NCBI RefSeq assembly: GCF_902459465.1
Contig: NC_047081.1
Location: forward strand, 11,036,001-11,100,000
Direction: 5' to 3'
DNA: 64,000 nt
DNA from: Asterias rubens
Lineage: Eukaryota
Each line of letters begins with the position of its first letter. The stretch's first letter is position 1. The position numbers and the translations under genes are program-made. A model generated the notes under the pieces. The model saw nothing but the letters and a program-made list of their open reading frames with translations. It did not search any database and was not told where the DNA came from. Below, piece after piece: positions 12,901 to 26,518 of the stretch.

Positions 12901-15900
12901 CTTTGAATTGCAATAATTCTAGGTTGTTCTATCATTAATTATAAAATTTGATCAAATGTACCTTGGCGACACAAAGAAGTTACCGGTTTACCGTTTACGT
13001 AGTTTACTTATGTAGAAGCTTGCATTCATTTTTTGATTTTTTTTGGTAAAACAATAGATCACCAAAACGTCACGTAATTGACCAAAAATGTTCGTAAAAA
13101 CACAAAAGGTCAGCGTTTGCAAGTGTCTCGTCATAACATGCTAGCCCATTATTTATGTTATGCTAGTCAAAATGTATGCTATAAACCCATGAAGCGTTTA
13201 GCCTATACGCGCAAATAAACACCTTGCCGCCATTTTGTTTTTCAAATCAGACGCAAACAAGTCGTAGCTAGACGTCACGGGTATAAACAGTCTGGTCCCC
13301 TTATACTGGTATAACAGTGAATCAATATTAAGCTATACACACAGTGTAAGCACGGCCTTGGGGTGCAACCGTGAACAGCCGCATATAGAGGTCGATAAAC
13401 TTCAAACATTGAACCCGAATTCCCCATAAGGCATGTGTATAGTTCTTGTCAAGTCGGATCTGATACTGGTTCACCTAACGATATCAACAGTCAAGTCTAT
13501 AATCTACAAAGTGAAATTGCCACAGAGGGCCAGACAATGAACTTGTCTACTTGGACTTGTATCAATATCCGTCAAAAAGTTTCGGGTGGTGTTTTTGTGT
13601 ATGGATTATTGGGACAATGCATTAACAATCATACCCCACATGGATGTTGACAATGTCAGCTTTCTGACTCTAATTTCAAACTTTCCTGAGCACTGCAGGT
13701 ATGCAATATGAACCGATGTCTTGCAATAATTCACCCATGGGGCACAACGGTGAGGGGAAAGATTGTATATAATACAATAGTACTATATTTTGGTTAGGAC
13801 TGAGTTACGGATTTGTTGTTGGTCACCATCTTGGGTCGATCCCTTTGTCAAGCTTTTCGATTTTATCACAGACTACCCGGGTTTCCGGTATATCTACCCG
13901 GGTTTGCGGTATATTTTGAGTGGTTTATCATTTGGTAGGACCTTAAGATGTACACGTGACCATACAGCTATCCCTATGCGTGTGACTGACTCAACCCTCT
14001 GATTAAATTTCTGATTAGCACTTGGATCGGCAAAACAAAATGCTTTTTTAATGACAGCTAAAGGGGACTAATTGGGTCACGTTTACGGTAAATTTAATAG
14101 CACGCACTCTCGCGCAATCCGATCACAAATTGCCGTCTGCAAACAATCAAACCAAAATGCGCAACTGATCTTCAAAATCCACACTCGGCGACCATAACAA
14201 AAATACCCGTCCGGTGGGCGGATATCATATTTAGTCGTATGAGAGAAATTAAAAGAGGGTCGCCATTTTGGATTGTTGGCATGTAAACAAGAGCACGCCA
14301 TACGTGTCTGTTTTTGTTTGTTCACGCTCACTGCAGACTTGGGTTCGTTACCCCTTCTCTCGTTCGTAAGGCACTTCGGGGGGAACTTGGGGGTCGAGTT
14401 CACTTGTCATGTCTATACGGTGACTCGTCGGGTTGTGTTCTATGAAAGTAGGGCTTTCTTGAATTTCAAATGTATTAGACAGCTGTTGGGGTTAGACAAT
14501 TGTAGTCTGTCAGATTCCAAAGCTATGACATGCATCTCCCCACCACACATGGGTCCAATTATAGTATGATCTTGAAGGCGCGGACAAAATTATGTTTTGC
14601 CAGAATTGGGTTATAATAATAAGCCAAATTACAATGTCTGTGTACTGATACTGTTTCCAGTCGCTAAAGTTATTTGTTATTAGTATTTTCGGTAGTTTAG
14701 TCAGCTTTGTGACTGTCAATTTAAATCCACTAAATATGTCAACTAAATGAAAATGTAGCTGAACAGTTACGGGTAATTGCCAAAATCGCTTGTCTATAAT
14801 GAATTGGTTTCTTGTATAAATGTTTGCTTTTAAATAGTTTGAATTATGCTGTATCTTTGAAAGATTATGGCACTTTATTGCAAGGCAACCTCTGGTAAAA
14901 GTCAGGTCCCGTTTTATATTATAATAATTGATATTCAAGATTGTGAGCACGATACAGATCATAATCTTCATCGCTGTCATCATTATCATCACGGTCTCTA
15001 TACCCGTTGGGATTAACAATAAAGTTATATATCGACCCTAATATACAAAATTACAAAATCTACAAAATGCCAACGTGAAACCCTTAACATCTGGGACGAT
15101 TGAATGTGTCTAAACAGACCCCCTTTTCGCTTGACACCGAACCCGATGTAGGCCTACATTTTACTTTGTTACTTTAGCCTTGACCGAGAAGCTGGAGTTG
15201 AGTTTTCATGTATGTTATTGTGTATTTTGTTTTTCCAAATTGTGTGTGACCTCTACGATGACACGCCAATGTTTCGAAACATTATCCGAAATCCGTGGTT
15301 TGTTTTCCTAACCTCAAACTCTATCCCCTATCTAGCGAACAAGTCACACAGGAGGTTTTAGGAACAGGGTTGTCAGAACATTATAGGGGTGTCGGGATGT
15401 AGAGCAGTCATAAAGATCATTGAAGACCGGGGTTGAACAAAATTATGTAAATCTACCTTTAATGTGATGATTTTTCCCTTCTTTTTATTAATTTCCCCCA
15501 ATTTGAGATTGATCAAAACCTCCATAATTTTGGTTTTCTTCCCTGCACTTCTTTCTTTTTTGGACGTATCACACGTAGACCTAATGATTAATGTTTATTT
15601 AAATGGAGCAATGTGCCCTATACAGGCAGACACTGTGTTTATGTACTGTGGTTAGTCTGGTCCACACGGGGAGTATCCTGACTGCAGTCACCACTATTTT
15701 TAACCCGCATGATTAATACGCAAAGTACGGTGATACGTCATCAGAAAATATAGCAGGGAATTCGTGGAAACATCAACATGAAGAAATATGGCCAACCTCG
15801 GGACAGATTTGGTTTTTTTTTCTGGTTTTTTTTTTTGGGGGGGGGGGGTGGTGGACTTCCGGACGAGATTTAGATAATTGCCCTCAAAGGCCGTTTAAAG

Positions 15901-18900
15901 ACGTAGGCCTACTCGCCATTTTGTATTGAGCATAAATATAATATACATTCATTATTACCAACCTTGGGAAATGGTAACATATGGTCAGCAAAGGCTTGCA
16001 AATCAATTGGTAAAACGACTGGTAAACCTATTTATTTCGGGAAAACGTGCGAACCCGGGTTTCAAAATAGAACCGGTAATTGTCTTCACCGACTGAAACT
16101 CAAGATTCAACACATTTTAAAAAGAAGCCTTAACCGTTTTGTTACGGTGCCATATCAATATACAGTTGTCGATTATAATAGCTCCCGAATGAGCTCATAG
16201 CTTCCTCGTTGAACCTTGCCTGGGGTGGATGGGTCTCCTGCTCTTGTGTGTTTGGGTTGGGACTTTAATACACGGTCAGTCAAACGATTGCCCGCGGGGC
16301 CTTGGATCCGGCCGTGCGTGCGCGTCGATTCCCCGTACAAGAATGCCCGGTGCGGTCTGGCTTTCTGTGCATACATTGACCTCATACACCGGCCCGTAGC
16401 GCCCAATATAGTCGATTTTTTTTCCTTCAATTTGTCTTGAAGGTCTCTTACAGGATTGAGTTCCCCTTCACTCAACATATCTTGACCTGTAATCATGATA
16501 ACCAGGGTTTGCGCATCGCAAAGGTGCGTTGAAATAATCAGTGTCAATATACGCTGTGCTTTGATGGCCCTTTTGTACAATAGTGGGGAAAAGACCTAAA
16601 CATTGTTATTTGTTAGACTTGCAAAATGTTATCTAATATTACCAATTATCATTGATCTCCTATTGACGACCTTATGCATGACGTCATCACGCCGCCATCT
16701 TTAGAAGTAAAGCGACGATGAACCAATGGAAAACGCACATTTTTGTACAACAGGCGCGGCGCACGGATGGACCAATAATAATGAGCAACCTCCTTTAGAA
16801 CTCTAGCCGAGGCGCCCTGAAAACGACATCGGGTGCATAATTACGAAAGTTCACTTTACTTCGTGTTACAATGAAAAGCAAAATGGCCCGACTTCAATCA
16901 TCCCAGTCTGACCCCCTATTTGCCTAAGTGTTCAAAGCAACGTAACATAACAAGGGTTCAGACTTTTTTCAAACATCAGTTTAAATTTCAGTTTCAAAAT
17001 TTAAAACTAACTAGCATATCATGTTGTAAGTGAAGTATGCTTTTAACTTGCGATTTCTCAAGTCAGGGGGGGGGGTTGGCTGAATGCGTGTTGGTGTGAG
17101 ATAGACATTCCAGATCATTAGTTGCCCTTTTGATAACGGGTTTATGGGGTTAGAAATCATCGACGCGACTGATGCGACACGCTGCGAACCCGCAGCGGTT
17201 GCATGATGAGCCAAGACCACGATTGATAGTAACAAGCAACAGCGGCAGCGCCATTTTGATTTGCTCTGTACTGTGTATAGGCCAATACAGGCCTACTATT
17301 TTGGCGAAATTAAAAAGAAGCGTCAACGTACATATTGCTTGAGACAAAAAAATGTTGTATGGAGGATTTAAAACAGAAATAACTTGGTTGGATGAGCTCA
17401 GACAACGGTTGATAAAAAAAGAAACTACATGGCAGCGCCATTTTGAATTGCTCGTGACTGTGTTCAATACAGGCCTACCATTTTGACGAAGTTAAAGATT
17501 AAGCTATTATAGTTTTAAGGTGCATATTGGTTGAGAAAATTTCTGCTATAGGGAGGATTTAAAACAGAAGTAACTTGTTGTTCATGCGATCTAAAGCTTT
17601 TTTTCTAACAGCTTTATAGAATTGAGGGAAATATCAGGTGGATCTATGAATATTAATAAGTTTTTTTTTTAATCCCTACTGACTCCCAAGTTTCGTGTAT
17701 GCACATGGCATTGTAATGAATCATCGCTACTTTAAATGCATACAGATAGCTGTATTTCACGCAGTGTGGTTTTATATAATACTGATTTACTATGTCATTA
17801 ATTAGTATCAAGTGATAAACCACAAGGGAAACTGACAGGCTAAATGTTTTTTTTTTAATTGGGTCGACCGTAGAAAAACTTAATGAGAGCGAGATTTTAA
17901 TCTACTGCGACCTCCGGATTGTTACGTCCATGGCAACTTAGCTAGCCCTAAAACAAGTGTCGCCTGTACCGCCCCCCCCCCTACTTTGTAAATTGTTATT
18001 TGGGGTGCCGTCAAAAGCCATTAATCCTGTAACTTTATAGCCAGGGATCACACCCTATAATATATAGTTTACGATGCTGAGAAGCTTCAGCAGACGGGGG
18101 ATCCCCTTTAAGTTGATGCCACTTTTTGTGTTTGTAACAAGGGAATCTTAATAACTTTGGAATGAACAAATCATTATACAAACATTGCTGTTGTTCAGCT
18201 CAATTTCAGCACCAATAACAATGCTACATCCACAATGCTCTGTCTTTGAATGTAACATCCTTTAAGAAATTATAATATTGTTGTTTCTGAGAGACGAATG
18301 CTGTGAGATACCGGACGGGGAAGATCATGTATAAACTGGATCTCATGTGTTTTAACATTGAACTATACAGAACTGGAAAAAATACATATAGACCCCCCTA
18401 CACAATGCTATATACTGTCGCGATTGAGTGTACATTTTGGTATTTGTTTTGTAAAATCTTTTGTTTGGGGGTATGGGGACTCCTATGGGGAATTAACCTT
18501 CACTTCTTAATACCCATTGTTCTTGTAGCGTTTACTGTTTGTAATAAAGAACTTCCTTTGTTTTCTTTACAAGGAGATAAAACTAAAAGATACACACACA
18601 AAGCGAGTCTAATCGATCCGTAATATTTCTTCTTGTTTTCATTTTAATTGTAAGACAGCAGGAGGAGTAGTGTTCGATCTCTTGTACTGATTCACTCGAG
18701 TCCTTAAAGGCACTGGACACCTTTTGTAATTGGCAAAGACCAGTCTTCTCACTTGGTGTATCCCAACATAAATTATGCATAAAATAACAAATCTGTGAAT
18801 ATTTTGACTCAATTGGTCATTGCAAGAGAATAATACGAATGAAAATTCACCATTGTTGCACAATAGTGTGCTTTGATGCTTCAGGCCTGAAGTCTTTTTA

Positions 18901-21900
18901 TTATTTGAGTGAGACATTACCTCTTTCTCAAAAGACTATCGTGGTAGCCATTTCTCACAATGTTTTATACTATATCAACAGCTGCATTGCTCGTTACCAA
19001 GTAAGTTTTTATGCTAACAATTATTGAGTAATTACCAACAGTGTCCAGCCGTCGATTTCACAAAACTCTTCCTAACTTAAGACTAATCTTATAGGACTTA
19101 GGACGAGTCCCAACCCTGCACTGTAGCATGCAGACCTTAAGATTAATCTTAACTCGAGATAAGACGAGTCCTAACTCTTTGTGCAATCGACCCCTGCTGT
19201 CTTTAAACTGATATTAACATGGTTCGTGTGACACGTGTGTCGGTTTTGGTTTGCAAGTAGGACTTGTGACACTTTACACTGTGGGAAAACAAGACCATAC
19301 ATACTTCAATTGTTTTTGTTTCATTAGGAAAGGAGGTCTGCCAGGGGTTGGAATAATGTTTCATATTTTGGTATCCTCAAAAGGAATGTACTTGGAATCG
19401 TTGGGATAGTACTGCTCAGTGACCTCACTGAATGGGAAACAAAACAGAGACTATAGAAATACGTTTATTTTCATTATTTTTTTTTATTCCTCGGACAATA
19501 CAACTATAACAAGCAGAGACCGTCCAGGGAAGGGCCAAAAATAAAACATAAATGTCATCAAAAAAGATGTGCCCTCCGAAATATTGCTTATAAAAAGGGT
19601 AACAATTCATACATTACACACTCTAAAATTGCAGTGAACATTAAAACACCTCTATTACCAATTATTACCCATTTTACACATTGGGGAAAGTGGCACAAGC
19701 TATAAAGCTATTATACAGATACTTTAAGTCCTTGTTATAAATCTGTTTCGTGCTTGGGATTTCCCCACTAAGGTCCGTAAACGATCGTCTAGCATGTCGT
19801 ACATACATGATCACACCATAGGTCATGATCAATGACTCAACACTTGGAGATTTATTGGTCTAGTGCCAATATCTGAATGCTGTCCTTATTCTTTCATTCA
19901 AGATTTATTAAAAATTCACACGGCAACCAAAGGCTGAATTGAGTGACACCGGGCTGTGGAACATTCCGTATACAATGTTAAAACTTTAAAACCAAATAAT
20001 TAATTTCCGTTTGACAGAAAAGGTGCATGCAACGCCATAAGGAACGTCACAGCAATTTCTAATACTTTTTGCCCATTGAGACAAGTGGTTACTCATCTTA
20101 TTTTGACCTAGCGCTGGGGCCTTACTATTCATTTGGTATACAAAGTAAAACATAGACATGAGGGTACGATTACAAAATTCAACCTCGTGCGTATTATTCG
20201 AAGCCCCTCGCCCCCACCCTGTTCATCTCGGCCTCATGCGGCTCAGAACAGAGCCGCGGGTACGATTATGAGTTACAACCTCGTACATATTACAGGAGGT
20301 CGGCCTTTCAGCTCCATCAATAGCACGATCCCATTAGATATGCCGTGCTGATTTTTGAACTGTGTGTGAACCTTACGGGTGCATCACGTAAATAGAAACT
20401 CCCATAGCAGAGTGTAAAATGCTAATCAAAATTTCACACAAAAAATACTCAGTATTTCAGCACTTTACAGTTAATAGAAAATGGTCATAATTATTCTTGA
20501 ACACCAAATAAAAATACCTCCGCACCGCTGTATTTTTCCAAACGTCCGATCATCAGTTTCGATAAAAATGTCGCTACACGTCTCTCGGCAGATAAGACCG
20601 ATAATTTTAGGGTCATCCAAAATACCTCAAGTTGGAAGTCAACATCAACACACAGGTCACAATTTGGGCACAATTTGTTACACTCTGTCCCCTTTTCTTG
20701 GGCTTCCGTCTGGAATAGAATATTTTGAGTTCCTTGTACACACAAAATTATGATGTGGCCGCGACGCTCTGTTAAGTTTCTTTTATAGTGCGGTACCCTT
20801 GCCTTCTGTAAAACAAAACAACAATAATATACACCCGTCAGCAGATATGCAATCGGTGGCGCGTGTGTAATTAATCGCCCATAAGTATTCTCTGACGTTC
20901 TCATTTTAGTTTTCAGACCACAGTTTCCCAGCAGGTCTGTCATTACGAACCAGGCATTGATGGTCTGCTGATAACTGTTATCCATGGGAACCAACTTCGT
21001 CATGGTTGTGGTCCCATGTGACCAGAATAGTTATAAATAATATGCACTCTCAAACAAGGATAAAATACCGTTGTCGATCGAAAGGTTGGTTTTTGTGGCT
21101 TTGAATAACTAGTCATTTTCTTCACGTTAGAATTAAAAAAAAAAATTATATAATAACTTAATAATTATATAAAACGTTGCCTTGCTTTGGGGTGCTTTTG
21201 GGCTTAAGAAAGCGCCCGTTATGAAATGAATAATATGCTTGGAAATAATATGTATTAAATTAAGAATATAAAATATCTGCACAAAATAAATATGGATCAA
21301 AATTGTGTTTTCTTTTATTTCATGAGCTAACACGGTCCGCCATGTTGTTGAGTTAGCGTTAGGCAAAATGGCGGACCGTGTATAGGCCAGCCAATCATCA
21401 AAATAGATGTATTATAAAAAGTATTAAAAATAAATTCATTATTTTAAGGTATTATATTTAGATTGATCTCAAAGCATTAAAAAATTTAAAATGATAGTTT
21501 CTTGACCCACTTGCAAAGAAGTATTGTAGCAGCTGTCACAGGTGATCACATTATATTACCAAGTGCGATAAAGAGGCTGCTTAAAGTTATGAATTGGTTA
21601 TTCATTCGGATAATATTATTGCGTGTATTCATAGATCGGAATGAGATTAAATAACGCATGGGACCCATCTGCTCTTGAATTCCGAGCGTGAAAAGCGACG
21701 GAGGCGTACGGTGGATTTCACCGGCTAGACGGCTCGGTGTGTCTCCCAGGCATGCAGGACGCTTGGTTAGGTTTCTCGTACTATATTATTATTATTATTT
21801 ATTTGGCCAGTAGCAGGTTATTTCGTGTAATTAACTCACACCCTGGATGTACTTTTTTATGAGGACGAGGATCCGGATCAACGCCATTATACGCGGGGGA

Positions 21901-24900
21901 CGAGGGGCGTGTCAATGTGGGGAGGCGATATTCTTAGAAATGTCAAACCGTAACAAGCCAAAAAGGCTCAGCTCAATCTTAATCTTGCTTCATTTGTTTT
22001 TGTGAAACGCATGTCGACTATTGTCTGATCTGGTATTAATTTAGTACGCAGTAGTAGAGACCGTCTCCGTAGTAGTGTTTCCTGTGTGTGACATGCGAAT
22101 TATGAATACAGATTCCAATGAAGCCATAAGGAGGTCAGACTAATTAGCCTCAACAGCATCGTCATGTCAAAAGAGAACAGAGACGTTTGACACACATTGA
22201 TTTGACGTCACACACGGTTTTTACGTATACCGTCTGCCCTGCCCATGATCTGGCCATTTTGGGATTCAAATTACATGACCAGACGAATGGATTGTCGACC
22301 GCCATATTTGATGATAAACAGCGGAATAGTGCACGTAACTCTCAGCCAATGATTATGCGTGCACGTTTCATACAATATGGCCGTCGATGACGTCATGTGC
22401 AATCCATCTATTGGATGGTGCGTGTCTTACTACGCAAGCTCAGTTCATTTTGAATGAATGAAGTTTGCATATTATATTAAGTTACTTCAGTGTAGTTTGT
22501 TTGTGCCATACTTTTATGTAACACAATCTTGAGGTAGGAGGACTAGTGTTCATTTTACTCTTCAAATAATGTGACTTTACAATAGTAGGTCACACATAGC
22601 CTTGTGCTGAATGATGTGTCAGATTTAGTTGAATGTGTTCAAGCTGTCATGTGATAGGTGATGTACGGAGCCCTGGAAGTGCCATCCGACATGTCGAGAT
22701 CCGGAAATTAATTTACTGTAGGATGATGACAGTTTGTAAGATGATGATGGTAGTAATAATAGTGCCTTCTTATAATAGCGCGCATATACTTCACTCGGTG
22801 GCATATTTTATTCAGTATTTTCCCGCAAGATTTGTGGGACTACGTTTGAATTATTAGACCCGGGTCGATTTCACAAAGATAGTCCTAAATTAGGACTAGT
22901 CCTAGGACTCTCTAGGGGTTATTAAAACTTAAGGGTCCTAAGTTAGGACGACTCGTCCTTTTCTCGAGATAAAACTCTTTGAGCAATCCATACTGCTGCT
23001 TTTGTATGTACGGTTTACAGAGTACTGTGGCGCAACATGCAGCCAATCAAACCAGGAGCACCGGGGCGAACCCCTTCTCTTTCAGATAAGTGCACTGATT
23101 GATTCTTTTTGTGGGTAATTCTTTAAAGGAACACGTTGCCTTGGGTCGAACGAGTTGGTCTATACAAAGCGTTTGTAACCGTTTGTTATGAAAGAGGTTT
23201 TAAAAGTAGAAATGACCCTCACAAATTATGCCTCGTAATTGCGTTGTTCCTTTTACCTCGTCGACTTAAACGGTCGGCCATTTATGTTATGGGAGTCAAA
23301 TTTTGACTCCCGTAAATGGCCGACCGTGTTAGTTCGCAAAGAAAACGAAAACCACGCAATTTGAGGCAAATTTGTTTAGATCATTGTACTCTTCTTTTTA
23401 CAACATCTTTCTAACCATATATATTTTATAACAAACGGTTATAAACGCTTTTCAAAGACCAGCTTGACCGATCCAAGCAACGTGTTCCTTTAAACTGTGT
23501 GTTCCGTGCGTAACGTGTGTTACGTGCAGCTCGAGTGGTTTATCTCAATATGAAAACATCTTAAAGTAACAAGACATTTTTCTGATTATACTTTATCTTA
23601 CGGTATGTCGACACAAAAGCAAGATGCCGTCATCCAGATGTAAATAATTCCAGGATGTCGTCATCATACCTGATTGATGTCATTGTCATACTGTCAATTA
23701 TCCCAACATCTTAACAATTTTGATGGCACTTCCAGAGCTCGGTAGCAATGATTTAGTCAAGAGCTCCTTACATTTTGTTTTAAATAGGTTAACCTTTCTT
23801 AGGTGGCGTGTTTTCTTATAGCTGACAACATTGTGCTCCACAGTGAGTCCACATTCACTCTACGATGTGTTTACAGCGTGTTCCAGATCGCTCTCTCACG
23901 TTTTACATAACTAGAAAAAGAGACATTCCCGAGAAACGAAATAAATAAAAAAAACTCTGCTTGGGTCAAGACGTCAGGCTATAACTAACTTTATTTTTTA
24001 TTTATTTTTTTAAACACAATTGAATTTATTATGTTACAAAGAACTGAATGCACATGCAGAAAAAGTTGCCTCACATTTGTTCTTGTTTTTTGCGAATGCT
24101 AAACGATTTTGTTGTGTATCTTCAAAGTACACAATATTGGTAATTTGTATTCAAATGTGGTGGGTTGATGTTGTTGAATTCATGCCAGGGCGCGTCATTG
24201 TTAGGCGAATAAAAGTTCACCCTTTTCCGTACATTGTCGAAGGATTGAGCCTACCTGCAAGACATTACCGAGACTTTAAAGGTTATCGATTAGTCTCAAG
24301 GAAATACCATGCTCATAAAATGGAAGTTGTAGTCAGTTTCCGTCTAGGTCTACCCTCAAGTGCGCAAAAGTTCATTGAAACCCTATAGCAGTTGAAGACT
24401 GCGTGGCATTGCTTATCTCAATATCTAATCATAAATGTACGGAGGGATAAGCTAACTGACAACAATCCCACTGTTATGTCTTCCGAATAGTCTAGAGACT
24501 GTACTTCACCATTGAGTACCCATGAGTATTTGCACGGGTGGGGTCAGGTATGTCAACCAATGTTATTACTACATGACAGACTAAGGCTCGTTTATGTACG
24601 AGTCAATGGGGAATACCATTGAGACAGCGGAGCAGTCTATGTTGTAAAAAGTCAAGCGGGTAAATGACCTTCCCCTTGCCACTCAAATGTTACACTTTGT
24701 TTCTCAAGCGTATTCTCTTAGAACTATCAAATTATGTATTACTTGCCTTTTGTGTTAAAATGAAGAATTTTAGTCTACATTTCAGAGGACTCCATTATGG
24801 TTATCCCAATAATAGAATGGTGGTTGTTTTGTGGGAACCGAACATTCATGCGTGTTTTCTTTCTCCCCATTTTGTCACCAGACTAATCATCCTGAGACGT

Positions 24901-26518
24901 TGCTTGGTCATTATCGGATTCACTATGACGATGCGGTGCCTGACCATGTTGGTGACGTCACTCTCCGTTACGGGTTACCACGTGCATTGTGGTAGAAAGG
25001 TACAGGCTGAAGAATGGCGTAATTGAACATAAATTATTTCATTCTGCTTATAGGGCGTTTTAGGCTATGAAAGTGTTCGCCATGAAACTAATAATTATGT
25101 TTGGAAAGATGTTATCAAAGTACAACATGAGAGTGAATAACCGTTGGACACCCAGTTTTTACATTTCCAGCAAAGTTTTACAACCCTTTAAACACAACCC
25201 TGTCTAAAACCTTGTTTATATCTGCTATTCTTTCTAGATGTACAACAGTATAAAACATATAAACAATAGTCAATATAAATGCCTACCCCCTTTATTTCTT
25301 GATATTCATAGTGTTAGCCACAGGCGTGTGTGGGTGTTTTTTGGACACCATGGTTTGGGTTTGACGCCATTTTAATGCCTATAATATTGAGAAATAGTGG
25401 ATACTGTATAGGAGTGCGCTGTTTATTTGGTTTTGATCTATTTTACCCCAACCTGTGTCACAGTAGTGTGTCACTATACATTTCAAAAAGGCTCAATTAA
25501 ATATAATAAGTAACAGTATATGGATTCTCAGCTATTAAATTTCCAGCAATTTGAACACCCTTTTATACTAAGCTAACCCCTTCTTGCTATAATGATGATT
25601 TTCTTTCTAGATGTACGACAGTGTCTGGAGTAAGCTTGGCCGAGCTGTGTCCGTCTCTATCGGTATGGGGATGACAGTGACTGGGGCCAGGGAAGAGCTC
25701 TGTGGTGACTACATTTACAGTGGACATACAGTATCAATCACTGCGTTCTGCCTCTTCTTTATTGAATGTAAGTTTCGTTAAAGTTTTATTTAATTTTTTT
25801 TATGATGTTTCACGCGAATTCGGACACTGCCTAATTTTGTCAAAAATGTTAAATTATTGCCAAAAATACATCTTAAACAAAAATGGCCGCTGATGCTGAA
25901 CTAAAAATAGTCTTGGACAAATAGTGGTGCCCACACGTTTAATGTACATAATACTAGGTTTTGTAACAATAAAGCCATTGGGAACAAACTTTACAATCTA
26001 CTCTTTAAAGCTCCTTGCACGAAATCTTGAACCAACAATGACTCCAAGGGGTCATAATCTCGCCCGGAGTTTTAGAGTTTTTTCACGGTGGCTGTCAACA
26101 GAGGTTAAATCTTGTTTCCGGTCGGTTGGAGTATTGGAATTAATTGTGTCCTTCTTTTCCCTCCAAAGATACGCCAAGCAAGTGCCGTCTGATGCACTTC
26201 TTAGTGCGTGTCACCGGCGCATCCGGGATCTTCTTCATCGTAGCCGCGCATGAGCACTACACCGTCGACGTGTTGGTCGCCATCATCGTCACCGTACTTC
26301 TATTTCTGTACTACCACACACTGGCCAACACCAGGGCCTACCTCCACCGTGACCTCTACAAGGTCAGAGTCTGGTTCCCTTTCTTCCACTACCTGGAGGC
26401 CAAGGTAGACGGCGTGGTACCCAACGAGTACGAATGGCCGTTCCGGATCCCGTCAATCTCCTGGCCGCGCTGTCCGTCGAAGCTTTGGCAGAGAAAACAG
26501 AATAGGACCGAGGACTGA
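9938..26518 (+). CDS. SAM-less sphingomyelin synthase-family paralog of SMSr; exons 9938 (exon start 9878 or 9882)-10449, 24882-24999, 25611-25767, 26169-26518; possible extra first exon 8419-8440
   Basis: Motifs KFEPEPFKT, HDRTPD...PPLPD, HKHR|LIILRR...[36 protein letters not shown] and VPNEYEWPF. Intron positions and phases are identical to the upstream SMSr gene (118-nt middle exon in both). The spliced ORF is intact: 378 aa from ATG 9938. Confidence 0.9.
11206..11346 (+). mobile_element. Fragment of the TTAA-flanked element family
   Basis: gtaattgtcaaagaccagtattctcacttggtgtatcccaaca...ctgtgaaaatttgggctc matches 18720-18830. Confidence 0.65.
17240..17580. repeat. Diverged direct repeat, 2 x ~150-190 bp
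   Basis: ggcagcgccattttga...caatacaggcctac.attttg.cgaa.ttaaa...ggaggatttaaaacagaa.taactt occurs from ~17244 and ~17431. Confidence 0.7.
18708..19202 (+). mobile_element. TTAA-flanked non-autonomous DNA transposon (Kolobok-like) with a MITE inserted in its right end
   Basis: TTAA|aggcactggacac ... agtgtccag[insert]ctgtct|TTAA. Confidence 0.75.
19049..19193. mobile_element. PIF/Harbinger-like MITE (gggtcgatttcacaaa family)
   Basis: TIR-like ends ccgtcgatttcacaaa / tttgtgcaatcgaccc, flanked by cag / ctg. Other copies at ~22862-22990, ~28337-28400, 35805-35977, 36937-37057, ~55215-55362 and 63755-63925. Confidence 0.7.
23127..23489. mobile_element. TTAA-flanked palindromic non-autonomous transposon
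   Basis: TTAA|aggaacacgttgccttgg ... ccaagcaacgtgttcct|TTAA; the interior is also an imperfect mirror. Confidence 0.85.

Noticed and set aside
14510-15019. 169-aa minus-strand ORF
   Set aside because: Low-complexity AT-rich translation with no family signature.
16173-16580. Faint resemblance of YGPVYEVNVCTES...PGILVRGID to methylpurine glycosylase
   Set aside because: It needs a frameshift and the upstream ETEAY motif is absent; not called as MPG.
20491-21003. 170-aa minus-strand ORF with CPNC
   Set aside because: It contains an internal intron-like pyrimidine tract and no recognisable domain; unsupported without homology or expression.
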